From Bdellovibrionales bacterium (GTDB lineage Bacteria > Bdellovibrionota > Bdellovibrionia > Bdellovibrionales > UBA1609): a DNA stretch of 64,000 nucleotides. Made by a program: the position numbers and the translations under genes. Location: assembly GCA_027317865.1 (NCBI GenBank), contig DAHVQG010000001.1, positions 64,001 through 128,000 on the forward strand, read 5' to 3'. The notes beneath the pieces were generated by a model. It was not told where the DNA came from. It did not search any database and was given only the letters and a program-made list of their open reading frames with translations. Below are positions 30,905 through 41,260 of the stretch, in pieces (the first letter of the stretch is position 1; the number at the start of each line of letters is the position of its first letter).

Positions 30905-31705
30905 ATGGCCAAAAATGCATCTGCGAATGCCAGCGCGCTTTTACAAAAGTATAAAGAAAATCCGCAAAAGATTACGGCGAAGCAAAAAGATACGCTCATT
31001 ATGGAGTATGCGCCGCTCATCAAATTTATAGCACAAAAAATTGCCGTGCGTTTACCCGCCCACATTGAACTCGACGATCTTATTTCAAGTGGTGTAATCG
31101 GCCTCATGGACGCCATTGAAAAATACGATCCCAGACGGGACAATAAATTTAAAACGTATGCCGAATTTCGAATTCGAGGAGCGATACTTGACGAACTTCG
31201 TGCGCAAGACTGGGTCCCGCGATCGGTGCGCGATAAAGCCAAGATGCTCGATAAGGCAATTGTCGAGCTTGAATCACAACTCGGCCGTTCGGCTTCGGAC
31301 GACGAAGTCGCCGAGAAGCTCAACATCTCGATTGATGAATTTTATGATCTTGTGAATCAAGTACGTCCGGTAAGCGTTTTGTCGATCGACGAAGCCAATA
31401 CGTTTTCGAACGTCGATAAAATGTCGATTCTCAATTTGCTCGAAAGCTGTAAGTTGAACAATCCGCTCAATCAGCTCAAACTCAAATCGATTAAGCAAAT
31501 CGTGACGAAAGCCATTGAGGACTTACCCGAGCGGCAACGGCTAGTGTTGTCTCTGTATTATTATGAAGACATGAATCTCAAAGAAATCGGCAAGATTTTG
31601 CGAGTGACCGAAAGCCGCGTTTCACAGCTTCACGCGCAGGCCATCACCCGTCTACGCGCCAAACTCACTCAACATTTTCAAGATCAAGAATTAGAAGCGG
31701 TTTAG
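30905..31705 (+). CDS. fliA: RNA polymerase sigma-28 factor
   Basis: RIRGAILDELRAQDWVPRS, ESRVSQLH. Confidence 0.97.
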   Translation: MAKNASANASALLQKYKENPQKITAKQKDTLIMEYAPLIKFIAQKIAVRLPAHIELDDLISSGVIGLMDAIEKYDPRRDNKFKTYAEFRIRGAILDELRAQDWVPRSVRDKAKMLDKAIVELESQLGRSASDDEVAEKLNISIDEFYDLVNQVRPVSVLSIDEANTFSNVDKMSILNLLESCKLNNPLNQLKLKSIKQIVTKAIEDLPERQRLVLSLYYYEDMNLKEIGKILRVTESRVSQLHAQAITRLRAKLTQHFQDQELEAV

Positions 31706-32724
31706 CGGTCGTCTTGCCGCGCGCCCATTTCACCGCGAATTTTTTGAATCAGACGGGCTTCAAGTTGACGGGCCGCTTCGCGTGTGATGCCGTATTTGTC
31801 GCCGATTTGTTGAAGTGTAAGCGGCTCATCGGCGAGTAATCGATTCTCTAAAATAAATACTTCGCGGGCATTGAGTGTCGGGCGGATTTTTTCAATTTGC
31901 TCCTGAAGAAGTGAAAGCTGCTCTTGATGGCTAATGATTTCGTCTGCGGGGGCCGCACTTTCGCGCACTGTTAAATCTGCAACCGTCGTACGGCCGTCGT
32001 CGCCTACCGGCTTGTCGAGGCTTACATCACGCTGTAATACACGCCCGCTCATCTCTTTCACTTCATCTTCGGAAATGCCAAGGCGCCCGCTGATTTGCAT
32101 AAGACCGGCTTCCATCCCCATGCGTTCGAGTTGGTCGCGGCTTCGTTGCAGTTCGTAGAACAGCTTTCGCTGATTGTGAGTCGTGCCGATTCGAACCATA
32201 GAATAATGCCGCATGAGAAACTCTTGAATATGGCCTCGAATCCACCACACGGCGTAGGTGATAAGCCTAACGCCTTTGTACGGGTTGAATTCTTTCACGG
32301 CCTGCATCAGCCCGACGTTACCTTCTTGGATGAGATCGATCAGGCGCGCGCCGAACTTTGAATACTCCATGGCGATTTTGACGACAAAGCGGAGATTCGA
32401 TGTCACAAGTTTTTGCGCCGCCTCGCGATCGCCGGTTTCGCGATAGCGAACAGCTAATTTGTACTCTTCGTCGCGAGTGAGAAGCGGGTATTTACGAATC
32501 TCAGCCAAATACCGTGAAACAGGGTCTGCGCCGACAAGCGCGCCATCTTCTTTGATAGCGAGCGCCGTTTCGTCTTTTGTTAAGTCGATGTTATCCCGCT
32601 CGTCGTTTTCTGGAGCAATACTCTCCAGGTTTTCTGGAGCGATAATTTCTGGCGTGACAACGCGAGTGGATGTTTTTTTAGCGCGTGTTTTTTTTGCGGG
32701 GGTTTTCGGTTTCTTTCGAACCAT
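31702..32724 (-). CDS. rpoH: RpoH (sigma32)-like sigma factor
   Basis: DLIQEGNVGL, YAVWWIR, RpoH-box-like QRKLFYEL. Confidence 0.88.
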   Translation of the reverse strand: MVRKKPKTPAKKTRAKKTSTRVVTPEIIAPENLESIAPENDERDNIDLTKDETALAIKEDGALVGADPVSRYLAEIRKYPLLTRDEEYKLAVRYRETGDREAAQKLVTSNLRFVVKIAMEYSKFGARLIDLIQEGNVGLMQAVKEFNPYKGVRLITYAVWWIRGHIQEFLMRHYSMVRIGTTHNQRKLFYELQRSRDQLERMGMEAGLMQISGRLGISEDEVKEMSGRVLQRDVSLDKPVGDDGRTTVADLTVRESAAPADEIISHQEQLSLLQEQIEKIRPTLNAREVFILENRLLADEPLTLQQIGDKYGITREAARQLEARLIQKIRGEMGARQDDR

Positions 32725-32742
32725 CGAGCTTCCGTATTCGTA

Positions 32743-33045
32743 TCAGACTATTTGTTCGAGCTTTTTGTTGAGGGTACTCTCGACGACACCCTTAACTAGA
32801 ACCAAAGCCAGAGGCAAATCGACGACAATTTCTATCTCAGACCCCGAGCCTGCATTTTTGACATTCATGTGGGCTTTGAACATCTTGCCGTTAGCTTCAC
32901 CGGTTAGCCCTTTTTCATCAAAGGTCGTTTTATAGGCAGCATCGAGCTTTTTTAGATCGTGGTCATTTTCAAGCAGGGTTTTAACCTTCTGAAAAGCTTC
33001 GTTTGCGGATAATTTAGTCTTTTTTTGTATTGTAACCTTTGGCAT
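32743..33045 (-). CDS. Polyhydroxyalkanoic-acid-system (PHA_gran_rgn)-like small protein
   Basis: 100 aa; MPKVTI...VDLPLAL...KGVVE pattern. Confidence 0.6.
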   Translation of the reverse strand: MPKVTIQKKTKLSANEAFQKVKTLLENDHDLKKLDAAYKTTFDEKGLTGEANGKMFKAHMNVKNAGSGSEIEIVVDLPLALVLVKGVVESTLNKKLEQIV

Positions 33046-33191
33046 AGAATAAAATTATGCTTTTTGGCGGGGGCTGTCTAGCAGGATGGCGCTGCCGCAC
33101 GTTTTTCATAGTTGATCTCGCGGTGCCGAAATGCGAAATTGTTGTGCGAGGAGGCGTGAGGCTGAACTGAACTAATGCTGACGCGTAAACC

Positions 33192-34967
33192 ATGAAATTT
33201 ATTTCTCAACTTAAACGCAGTCATTACTGTGGCGAAATCGACCGCCGTAACGAAAATCAAAACGTCGTTCTTATGGGATGGGTTAATACCCGGCGCGACC
33301 ATGGCGGTCTTGTATTTATCGATTTGCGTGACCGCAGCGGGCTTGTGCAGGTTGTACTTAATCCAAATCAAGAGGCTTGTAAGGCTGCCAAAGACATTCG
33401 CGGCGAATTTGTTGTTGCGATTGAAGGCAAAGTTCGCGTTCGCCCTGAAGGGATGCGCAATCCCAATTTAAAAACGGGTGAGATCGAGATTGTCGGCGAG
33501 CGAATTGAAATGCTCTCGGAGGCGCGAACCGTTCCGTTTGAGCCAGGCGATGAAAAAGTCTCAGAAACTTTGCGGCTCAAATATCGTTATCTCGATTTGC
33601 GTTCGCCGCGCTTGCAAGCTCATCTCATGAAACGTCACGAGGTCATGATGGCCGTGCGTGAAGGGTTGCATTCTAAAGGTTTTATAGAAATTGAAACTCC
33701 GATATTGTACAAGAGCACTCCTGAAGGCGCGCGTGATTATCTTGTGCCGTCTCGGGTGAATCCGGGGATGTTTTATGCACTCCCGCAGAGCCCACAAACG
33801 CTCAAACAACTTTTGATGATTGGTGGCATTGACAAGTATTTTCAAATCGCGCGGTGTTTTCGAGATGAAGATTTACGCGCGGACCGTCAACCTGAATTTA
33901 GTCAAATTGACGTTGAAATGAGTTTTGTCGATCGCGACGATGTGATGAAAGTTGCCGAAGATCTCATGCGCTACGTCTGGCAGAAAATAAAAGGCGTTGA
34001 TATCGGCGATTTGCCAGTAATGACCTACACCGAAGCGATGAACCGCTTCGGTTGTGACAAACCGGATCTTCGTATCGCTTGGGAGCTTAAAGATTTGACT
34101 GAAAAGCTTCGCGATTCTTCTTTCAAAACGTTTTCGGATGTCGCCGGGCGCGGCGGTTCGATCAAAGGCTTATTCGTTCCGGCACAATTTTCGCGCGGCC
34201 AAATTGATAAACTGACCGAAAAGGCGAAGCAAATGGGTGCCAAAGGTCTTGCTTACATTAAAGTCGACGAAAAAAATCAGATCTCAAGCCCGATCGCAAA
34301 ATTTTTTGACGAAAACGAACTGCGAGAGATTTACACCGCCTGCGGCGGGGCAAAATCAGGTTCGGTATTTATAGTGGCTGACGATTTCGCGGCAACCTGT
34401 GCTGCGTTGTCTACTTTGCGTTTGCATTTAGCCCATGAGCTAGGCGCGGTCGATACAAGTCGCGATCGATTTTTGTGGGTGGTGGATTTTCCGCTTCTTG
34501 AATATTCGCCCGAAGAAAAAAGGTGGGTCGCTTGTCACCATCCATTCACTGCACCGAAAGATGAAAATTTGGCGGCATTAGTTCAGAAGGACGAATCGGA
34601 ATTTCCACGTTTGAAAGCTAAAGCCTACGATTTAGTTTGCAACGGGCACGAGATTGCCGGCGGCAGTATACGGATACATCGCGGTGAGACTCAAAAGGCC
34701 ATGTTCGATGCACTCGGCCTGACTGAAGACGAAATTCAACTGAAGTTCGGGTTTTTCATCGAAGCTTTGACCTACGGAACTCCACCGCACGGTGGAATCG
34801 CATGGGGACTCGATCGACTCGTGATGATTCTTTGCGGTACTGATGCCATTCGCGAAGTCATTGCATTCCCGAAAACGGCTAAAGCGACGGATTTAATGGC
34901 CGATGCGCCGAGCCCGGTTTCGCGCGAACAGCTCATTGAACTTGGTATCCGTTTAATTGAGCGGTAA
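33192..34967 (+). CDS. aspS: Aspartate--tRNA ligase (probably non-discriminating)
   Basis: RRDHGGL, FRDEDLRADRQPEF, PPHGGIAWGLDR, FPKT. Confidence 0.97.
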   Translation: MKFISQLKRSHYCGEIDRRNENQNVVLMGWVNTRRDHGGLVFIDLRDRSGLVQVVLNPNQEACKAAKDIRGEFVVAIEGKVRVRPEGMRNPNLKTGEIEIVGERIEMLSEARTVPFEPGDEKVSETLRLKYRYLDLRSPRLQAHLMKRHEVMMAVREGLHSKGFIEIETPILYKSTPEGARDYLVPSRVNPGMFYALPQSPQTLKQLLMIGGIDKYFQIARCFRDEDLRADRQPEFSQIDVEMSFVDRDDVMKVAEDLMRYVWQKIKGVDIGDLPVMTYTEAMNRFGCDKPDLRIAWELKDLTEKLRDSSFKTFSDVAGRGGSIKGLFVPAQFSRGQIDKLTEKAKQMGAKGLAYIKVDEKNQISSPIAKFFDENELREIYTACGGAKSGSVFIVADDFAATCAALSTLRLHLAHELGAVDTSRDRFLWVVDFPLLEYSPEEKRWVACHHPFTAPKDENLAALVQKDESEFPRLKAKAYDLVCNGHEIAGGSIRIHRGETQKAMFDALGLTEDEIQLKFGFFIEALTYGTPPHGGIAWGLDRLVMILCGTDAIREVIAFPKTAKATDLMADAPSPVSREQLIELGIRLIER

Positions 34968-35119
34968 CAATTGTAATAGAGCCGTCAAATCCAAGCCAAA
35001 CGACCAGTTCGTCTCAGAATTAGACGTAGGGCCGTCAATCAACGTTGATCCACCACCGATGTCTAAGATTGAGACGATCTGACAAGGATGTCGAGCGTGA
35101 CAGCACAAGGAGGTGCTTC

Positions 35120-35647
35120 GTGAAGAAAATAAGTGGAATTTTACCTGCCGATAAGCGAATTACGACGGTGGATCTTCGCAGCGGCGGCACGGCGCGCCCC
35201 GGGATGCCAAGTTTTGGACGCCCTGTTGGACCATCCCCAGAGGCGCGGACAGCATTTTTCGCAAACCAAGCGGCGATGCAAAGGTTACAAGATCAACGAG
35301 AACTCGCGTCGAAACGAGATCAACAAGCGGCCATTGTAAAACGTATGGCTGATCAATTTTTTGTGCAAGAGTCTCACACCGACAGCGTGCGGTCCTATCG
35401 ATCGCCGGTCGAGCAGCCGATGCTTTCACAAACTGATATTATTTCTCCGATGGTTCGTTCATCACGCGAAAATTTGCCGCTTCAAATGGGTGAGCCTTCA
35501 ACAATCGGGTCGGCAATGACCGAAATGCCCAGTGCTGTTGGAACAAACGGAAATTCGGCGAGTGGCAATTCATCCGGGGCAAACGACAAATCAGTTGATC
35601 CGCGGGATCAATTGGTTGCGGGGCAACATCTTGACGTGCGGGCTTAG
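35120..35647 (+). CDS. Hypothetical protein
   Basis: AAGGAGG RBS before GTG 35120; ends GQHLDVRA. Confidence 0.7.
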   Translation: MKKISGILPADKRITTVDLRSGGTARPGMPSFGRPVGPSPEARTAFFANQAAMQRLQDQRELASKRDQQAAIVKRMADQFFVQESHTDSVRSYRSPVEQPMLSQTDIISPMVRSSRENLPLQMGEPSTIGSAMTEMPSAVGTNGNSASGNSSGANDKSVDPRDQLVAGQHLDVRA

Positions 35648-35661
35648 CACGATTCATGACC

Positions 35662-35871
35662 TTATCGGTCTTGCCATCGTTTCGCTCTCAAAATTGCTCC
35701 TGCGCCAAACGTTGAAAGCCCAAGTAGAATAAACTCCATCACGTGGATATGCATGGCGCTGCCGCTTTCTCGTCCTTCGAAAATGCATGCGATGGGCCCG
35801 AAGACGATCAGAAGAGTTCCCGCTTCGCATAGACCCTCTGAGATCATTTCGCGATACGTCTTCTTGTTCAT
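35662..35871 (-). CDS. Small two-TM membrane protein downstream of cpaF
   Basis: GGAG RBS at the cpaF stop; two hydrophobic segments. Confidence 0.55.
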   Translation of the reverse strand: MNKKTYREMISEGLCEAGTLLIVFGPIACIFEGRESGSAMHIHVMEFILLGLSTFGAGAILRAKRWQDR

Positions 35872-35872
35872 A

Positions 35873-37030
35873 TTAATCTCCGTGCCCACTCACTTGTTCG
35901 CCCGTATATTCGTACGCCGGCTCCAAACAAAATCCATTTTCTTCAAGGGACGTGACGCGAGAAATACTTTTCAACCGTCGAGCGCCGTTGATTTTAGTAA
36001 CCGAGACGACGTATTGAATGCCAAAAAAAATGAGGTGACGAATTGCACGCAATGACCATTGGGGCGCGCCCATTTGCACGAGCATTTCAAGTCGCAACAG
36101 AGCTTGACGGGGATTTTCGGCATGAAGTGTCCCGAGTCCGCCGCGGTGACCGGTTGAAAGCGCCATGAGTAGATCCTTGGCTTCTTGCCCCCGTACTTCA
36201 CCGACGACGATTCGATCAGGGCGCATACGAAGCGCTTGTCGCAAAAGCTCCGCTTGATCCACATCTTGCAATACTCCGGAAGGATCTTGTCGCGACAGAA
36301 GTTTCACTGACGCTGTGTTGGGGAGTTGTATCTCATTTGTGTCTTCAATTGTGACCACTCGTTCGTTGGGGTCGATTTCCTGCAAACACGCGTTTAACAC
36401 CGACGTTTTTCCGCTGCCGGTACCGCCGATAATCAAAAATGATTGATGTTCTCTAACCAGTTGCCGCAGACGATCGAGCGCTTGTTCTGTGGCCCAACCT
36501 GTTTCTGCAAGAGCTTTGAACGTCCACGGATTTTCGGGGTGCCGGCGAAGTGATACGTGAATGTCACTTTGCGCGAGTGGTGGTAAAATAATATGGAGCC
36601 GGAATTTTCGCCAATATCCGTCAGCGAAGGGGCGCTCCAGGTTTGCTTGCACTCGGGCTTCGCTCATCACACGGTGCAAAAAATTGTTCAGGCTTGCAGA
36701 GGACAAAAATTTGTCGTCGTGCTGGTGGAGCTTTCCGCTTTTTTCAAACCAAATCGAGCCGAACCCGTTGACTAGAATTTCGGTAATCAGCGGGTCGTTT
36801 ATTAGAAGCTCAAGCGGCCCGCAACCAAACATTTCTTGCTCGACGCGCATGCGGCATTCATTTGTACAGTCTGAAAATTTCTTCGTGAGAAGTTCAACCG
36901 CGCGTTCACGTAAACTCGCCATTTCGCGAACCGAGGGCCGGGTTGTTACATCGATAACTGACTCGGACTGCAATTCTGTCAAGAGCCGGTCATAAGTTGC
37001 GCGTGCGGTGGCCATATTTTCGAAGCTCAT
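35873..37030 (-). CDS. cpaF: Tad/Flp pilus ATPase CpaF/TadA
   Basis: GGTGSGKT, TIEDTNEI, LRMRPDRIVVGEVRG, TGHRG...TLHA. Confidence 0.93.
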   Translation of the reverse strand: MSFENMATARATYDRLLTELQSESVIDVTTRPSVREMASLRERAVELLTKKFSDCTNECRMRVEQEMFGCGPLELLINDPLITEILVNGFGSIWFEKSGKLHQHDDKFLSSASLNNFLHRVMSEARVQANLERPFADGYWRKFRLHIILPPLAQSDIHVSLRRHPENPWTFKALAETGWATEQALDRLRQLVREHQSFLIIGGTGSGKTSVLNACLQEIDPNERVVTIEDTNEIQLPNTASVKLLSRQDPSGVLQDVDQAELLRQALRMRPDRIVVGEVRGQEAKDLLMALSTGHRGGLGTLHAENPRQALLRLEMLVQMGAPQWSLRAIRHLIFFGIQYVVSVTKINGARRLKSISRVTSLEENGFCLEPAYEYTGEQVSGHGD

Positions 37031-37045
37031 GTCTGAAGCGCTCCC

Positions 37046-38428
37046 CTAGCTGTCCCAATTTTTCAGTTGTGGGATTTGAATTTTTTGATTCTCGTCTTGT
37101 ACGTTGACGATCGAGGGAGTGACGAAGATGAGAAGTTCGGAGCGTTGTTTTCTAAAATCTTCCGAGCCGAACAGGCGCCCAAGAATCGGCAAGTGTGACA
37201 GCAGCGGAAGATCGTTAGTATCTTTCGACCACTCGTTGTCGATGAGCCCGCTTAAAATTATTGTTCTTGGTTCGGGTAGGTCAAAATGCGTAGTCATTTG
37301 ATCGGTCTTAAATGCGGGGATTTGATCCACAGAATTTGAATTGGCGCGATCAAGTTGCGAAATTTCAGTGGTGAGGTCGATGCTGAGCCGGCCTGAATAA
37401 TCTGCAATCGGTTTAATTTTTAACGAGATGCCGTAGGTTTTGTACGACACTTGCTGATAGTACTGCGTCGCCGCGCGAACGGGGACTTCACCGCCGGCTA
37501 AAAAACTAGCTTGAGATCCGCTCCGAGCAAGTAGTGTGGGTGAGGCGAGAATTTGCGCGAGCCCTCGAGCTTCTAGCGCGTGCAACTTTACATCGAGCGT
37601 GGGCGTTATCATCTGCGGGAGCAATTGCTGTTGTACCGAATCGGGCCAGTCCACTCCCAATTTTCGTTCGGCGGATTTATTTACCTCGGCAATCGTGATT
37701 TTTACGCGCACAAGCGGTTTAAGCGACATGGCCGATTTTTCATAAACGCGCGCAATTCCGAACGGCGCGAGGACTTCGTCCCATAGGTTTTTTAGGTTTT
37801 CATCGCTTTGTGCGATAATCGCGTGAGCCATTGGTGACCAAATCAAATTGGGCATGGGCAGATTTCGCGACAGCAGTTGATTGCGAAAGTAAGTGAGCGC
37901 CCGGGCTTTTACATCGTTATCTATTCGCGCGCGAAAGGTATAAGGGCTGTCGAAATTTGCGGCGATGCGGCTGATCGCAATCCAATCCTGAAGGCGATGG
38001 AGCTGCCCGGTGACCGTCACCCTCCCGTCGAGCATTTCTATTTTTAGCCCGAGCATTGTTCGTACCGCGTCTCGAAGCGCCGTAAATAAATTTTGATTTT
38101 TTCGGCCGGTCACAAAAATATTGTAGTCGCGTGAACCGATTATAATCTGCGCTTCGCCGGGCGCCCGCCCGGTAGCGACGATTTTGATTTTGTCGTCACG
38201 AACCGAGATAAAATGCGATCCTTTTACGCGTACGATTTCATTCGGGGCCGCCGGCAACGCACGACTTTGCCCCACAAGGAGGGTTAGATCGTCGGCATAG
38301 GCTTGAGATGCATTCACTGACAGAGCGCATGCGAAGAGTAAGATGAGTATGGTCAACTCTTTTATGGCGCACATGGCCGCCTTTGCCGAGAAAACGGGAT
38401 TAGCCCCAAGTTTTGTTTTCAACTTCAT
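37046..38428 (-). CDS. cpaC: Tad/Flp pilus secretin CpaC/RcpA
   Basis: ASFLAGGEVP, LPLLSHLPILGRLFGS, ELLIFVTP; start moved to ATG 38428 (GGAG RBS). Confidence 0.9.
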   Translation of the reverse strand: MKLKTKLGANPVFSAKAAMCAIKELTILILLFACALSVNASQAYADDLTLLVGQSRALPAAPNEIVRVKGSHFISVRDDKIKIVATGRAPGEAQIIIGSRDYNIFVTGRKNQNLFTALRDAVRTMLGLKIEMLDGRVTVTGQLHRLQDWIAISRIAANFDSPYTFRARIDNDVKARALTYFRNQLLSRNLPMPNLIWSPMAHAIIAQSDENLKNLWDEVLAPFGIARVYEKSAMSLKPLVRVKITIAEVNKSAERKLGVDWPDSVQQQLLPQMITPTLDVKLHALEARGLAQILASPTLLARSGSQASFLAGGEVPVRAATQYYQQVSYKTYGISLKIKPIADYSGRLSIDLTTEISQLDRANSNSVDQIPAFKTDQMTTHFDLPEPRTIILSGLIDNEWSKDTNDLPLLSHLPILGRLFGSEDFRKQRSELLIFVTPSIVNVQDENQKIQIPQLKNWDS

Positions 38429-38494
38429 TTTGACTCCCATGCCGATATTGGCCCGCCGTCCATCGTGAATCGTCGAATGACTGAGTTCGAGCCT

Positions 38495-38510
38495 TGCAAT
38501 CAGCGTGCCC
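38495..38510 (-). promoter_or_regulatory. Putative sigma54 promoter for cpaC-cpaF
   Basis: GGGCACGCTGATTGCA on the minus strand. Confidence 0.7.
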
Positions 38511-38737
38511 CGATTGAAATGGACCGACAAAATCACGCGTTTGGTTTTATTAAACGAATCACTATTTTTACGGCTAAAAACGTATCCGAATTGGTCCGAA
38601 CGTCGGAAGTAAGTTGGACTTTGGTCGGCATTTTTCATTGAGATCAATGAAGTCGTTACCCAATAATGAGCTCCGTTTATACAATGATAAATGAACGGCA
38701 ATTTCATGTCGGGTATTCGTCGGGAGGGATCAATTCG

Positions 38738-41224
38738 ATGTCTGCCAAAGCTATAAAATTCATTCCACTGGCGTTACTCGCGACGGTTCTGCTTTTGCCG
38801 GCGCAAACAAGCTTGGCATACAGCCGTTACGTCAGGCATCGGCGCTTTGAACAGCGCGCAGGCGTCGGGCAATTGCACCTGTTGACATTCGATCAGGCTG
38901 CGGAGTTGGCGCCGCGTGAACGCGTACGTTACGTCCGCCTTTTACGCAGAGCCGTTGTGCAAGCCGAGCGTGAACAAATTGCGTTTCACAGTGAACAGGC
39001 GACGGCGATGAACGGCGTGCAGCCCGGTAAAAATGTGTTTGGTGGCGGGCAAAATTTATTTGCCATTCTTTTTATGCCCCATACTTTGCGGGCCAATGCC
39101 GCCAGCAATTCGTGCTACGCGGGTAGTGATCTTGCCGGGCGCGGAATTCTACCGACTGATAAGTGTATATACGCCGGGAACGTAAGTAGTTACCCCACAT
39201 CCGGTTATCAACAGCCGTTTCAATGCAAAATCGTGCGACGTTGCCATAACGGTGGAGTCGTTTGTAATCCGGTCGTGTTCGGTATTCCAAGCTATAACCA
39301 AGCATCGTGTATTCCGATCGACGAGCGACACGTGGCGACCCAGCAGTGCAATCTTCGACGGCAGAAGCTCGCAGCGGAAAACAGAAAAAATTCCGAGATC
39401 GCGGTTCAAGATGCGCAAGGGTTCTTTCAGTTGGATCAGTGCCGGATTTCGCCCCAAGCCGCAGGATGTCGCGGTAAGAATTGGGCCGTCACACAAAATG
39501 GTGCGCAAGGCCCAGTGGCCAAAACGATCATTAGAAATCTAATTGACCACGCGTACTCAAACGATGCCTACGCCGAATTGATAGCCGTCATGGAGTTATA
39601 TAAATCTCACCACTGGCAGATGCCACAATTCAATGCCGGCAAACACGAATTATCGGGATTCGCGTCTTCGTTACGCGCCTCTGTTTTTACCAATCCAAAT
39701 CAATTCGCAAATTCGTTCAACTCGGTCGTATCCGGTGTTCAAGAGATTTTTTCAAGCTACGAAGCCCACTGCGATCAGCATCTTTGTCAAACTGTCTGTA
39801 ATACCATTCAAAAATATAGACCGGGTGACTACGGAGTTCATAAGTCGTTTTTGATTGCTCGCGAGCTTCATCGAAAACAACTGTTATCGGGCCGATCCTG
39901 CGGGCCAAATGGCAACGCGACCGTGCGCAACGTTCTTGAACACCAAGAGTGCATCAGTATCGACAAATCCGAACAACGTCTTAGCTTAAGTGCCACCAAA
40001 ATTTTAAGTACGTTACCAGTTACACCTCCGACGATAAAACCAAAGCAGCCTCACGAAGTTGATCAGTCTTTCGGCTGCCGAAGTGTGTATCGTGACGATG
40101 CTGGTTTGTTTCAGCGAGCCGCTCAATGCACGGTTTGCATGTCTGAGTCTGCCGCGTATAACTATGCAAAAACACATCCTGGTTCAGGGCTTTCGAATTA
40201 TCGCGATTCCACACGTTGGAAGGCCTTACTCTCCGCAATGGCGCTTGTGTGCGGCGACTCGTTCAATGGCGCCACCGAAGTCAGTTCTGAAACAATGGCC
40301 CACTATGTTGAGACATTTGGGCAATGCGATCGAAGCACCTACAATTGGCCTGATAATCCCGTCTATGACCAACATCTCTTACAAAAAATCCGCGCGATTA
40401 CGAGCAAAAGTTTCGTCGACCACAAGCCGAAATCAGAAGAATGGCGAAAGCTATTTAAAAAAATCAATCCGCAATTTAAGCAAGTGTTTGGCGCAAGAGT
40501 GACACAGTTAATTCCGGTATTTTGCAAAAATAACAGGTTTGATAAACGGTTTTGGCTCTTCCATCCGTTTCACCCATATAAAGTAAATCTGTACAGCAAT
40601 TGGCAGGGATCGGGTGTTAACTGGAGTCCGAGCCACATTGCGCAATTCAAAGCGGAGGGGCGCGGTCAATTTAAACACTTTGTCAAAAAACTTGATCGCG
40701 GAGACGTAAATATCGACCCGTCATTGAAAACGTGTATGAATCAAGCGCTGAGCAACGCAAAAAAATTGTACCCATCGAACAAGATATGCCTAGATACTGT
40801 CCACCCGTCATCGCCGACTGATTTTGTTAATGCTCCGGGCTTGCAAAATGCGCTCAACAATTTTAGCCCCGCCGTTATTGCGCGCACCGGAGATTGCTTT
40901 GTTTCACATTCGTATTCCACTTACGGCCATCAGCAAGGGTGGGAATATGTCGCGCCGACGGATATTAGTCGCCCGACATATCAAGCCGACCCGTCTACCG
41001 GTATGAGCATATTTCAAAGCAAAATTCAAAGCTCCAATGAAATGCCGGCAATGGGCACATTCGTTTGTCATCAATCAGGCTCCGCGCAGTGCAACCCGAC
41101 GAAATATCAGTTAATAAACGACCAAACTATTCCCGATTATACGATTATTTACGAAAACCAAAGTTGTAACGAAACGTCGGCAAGCTCAGCTCCTGCGCAA
41201 AATTCACAGGGGAGCGCGAAGTAG
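38738..41224 (+). CDS. Large secreted Cys-rich hypothetical protein
   Basis: GGAGGG RBS, signal peptide, CIYAGNVS...CNPVVFG...C and many further Cys. Confidence 0.8.
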   Translation: MSAKAIKFIPLALLATVLLLPAQTSLAYSRYVRHRRFEQRAGVGQLHLLTFDQAAELAPRERVRYVRLLRRAVVQAEREQIAFHSEQATAMNGVQPGKNVFGGGQNLFAILFMPHTLRANAASNSCYAGSDLAGRGILPTDKCIYAGNVSSYPTSGYQQPFQCKIVRRCHNGGVVCNPVVFGIPSYNQASCIPIDERHVATQQCNLRRQKLAAENRKNSEIAVQDAQGFFQLDQCRISPQAAGCRGKNWAVTQNGAQGPVAKTIIRNLIDHAYSNDAYAELIAVMELYKSHHWQMPQFNAGKHELSGFASSLRASVFTNPNQFANSFNSVVSGVQEIFSSYEAHCDQHLCQTVCNTIQKYRPGDYGVHKSFLIARELHRKQLLSGRSCGPNGNATVRNVLEHQECISIDKSEQRLSLSATKILSTLPVTPPTIKPKQPHEVDQSFGCRSVYRDDAGLFQRAAQCTVCMSESAAYNYAKTHPGSGLSNYRDSTRWKALLSAMALVCGDSFNGATEVSSETMAHYVETFGQCDRSTYNWPDNPVYDQHLLQKIRAITSKSFVDHKPKSEEWRKLFKKINPQFKQVFGARVTQLIPVFCKNNRFDKRFWLFHPFHPYKVNLYSNWQGSGVNWSPSHIAQFKAEGRGQFKHFVKKLDRGDVNIDPSLKTCMNQALSNAKKLYPSNKICLDTVHPSSPTDFVNAPGLQNALNNFSPAVIARTGDCFVSHSYSTYGHQQGWEYVAPTDISRPTYQADPSTGMSIFQSKIQSSNEMPAMGTFVCHQSGSAQCNPTKYQLINDQTIPDYTIIYENQSCNETSASSAPAQNSQGSAK

Positions 41225-41260
41225 GCAATTGTTCTGGCAGCATTCGGCTTCGGGCCGAGG

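Noticed and set aside
38429-38707. Long N-terminal extension of the secretin ORF, and similar extensions at 9510, 19662, 20864, 35045 and 42448
   Set aside because: They overlap promoters or opposite-strand genes, and better starts lie downstream
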